Positions 63,996 through 64,000 of a stretch of DNA of 64,000 bases are shown one piece after another. The DNA lies in NCBI GenBank assembly GCA_035529375.1, contig DATKWU010000009.1, positions 93,848 to 157,847 of the forward strand, given 5' to 3'. How positions within the stretch are numbered: the first letter of the stretch is position 1; the number at the start of each line of letters is the position of its first letter. The position numbers and the translations under genes are program-made. The notes below the pieces were generated by a model. It did not search any database, had not been told where the DNA came from, and saw only the letters and a program-made list of their open reading frames with translations. This DNA is from Patescibacteria group bacterium (lineage in GTDB: Bacteria; Patescibacteriota; Microgenomatia; PFEM01; JAHIFH01).

Positions 63996-64000
63996 GTTAA

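Overview
This is a 64-kb, low-GC bacterial chromosomal window with compact genes, short intergenic regions and many small proteins of unknown function. The gene content and style look like a small-genome, Patescibacteria/CPR-like organism; that is an inference. UGA is used as a stop codon: RF2 (prfB) is present and intact.

Two conserved housekeeping blocks flank a roughly 29-kb accessory segment.
- Left block (1 to 18.5 kb, almost all on the minus strand): a partial EnvC-like M23 peptidase, ftsX, ftsE, prfB, secA, serS, lysS, greA, tRNA-Glu, lon and an L,D-transpeptidase.
- Right block (47.7 to 64 kb): pyrF, pyrE, a GH1 beta-glucosidase, gltX, a D-Ala-D-Ala carboxypeptidase, aspS, recJ, cca, secF and secD.
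- Accessory segment (about 18.6 to 47.7 kb): starts immediately 3' of a tRNA-Gln(CUG) gene.

The accessory segment carries integron-like cargo mixed with a few core genes.
- Cargo: three GNAT acetyltransferases, two or three methyltransferases, two HIT proteins, a thermonuclease, an HDAC-like hydrolase, an alpha/beta hydrolase, a GH130-plus-GT4 pair, a lone fabD and an SsuABC-like ABC importer.
- Core genes embedded in it: obg and typA.

The most striking signal is an unreported interspersed repeat system confined to this segment.
- A 23-bp motif, GGTTCTAGACCGAYCYGCTCAGC, occurs 15 times. All copies are in the same orientation, and most sit just 3' of plus-strand genes, twice overlapping the stop codon. 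It is frequently preceded by GTTATAAGG.
- In five copies a tandem TGTCTCAT TTGTCTCAT motif lies 40 to 60 bp further upstream.
- A second, roughly 60-bp motif (TGATAAACT...GGTTCGGAAATCATCAACGACTCCCAGC) occurs four times, just 5' of genes.

Together these define cassette-like units. They suggest a site-specific recombination or cassette-array system that does not match canonical integron attC sites.

A GC-rich, highly structured island of about 200 bp lies between lon and tRNA-Glu. It is a candidate ncRNA of unknown class.

No CRISPR arrays, rRNA genes or recognisable IS elements were seen.
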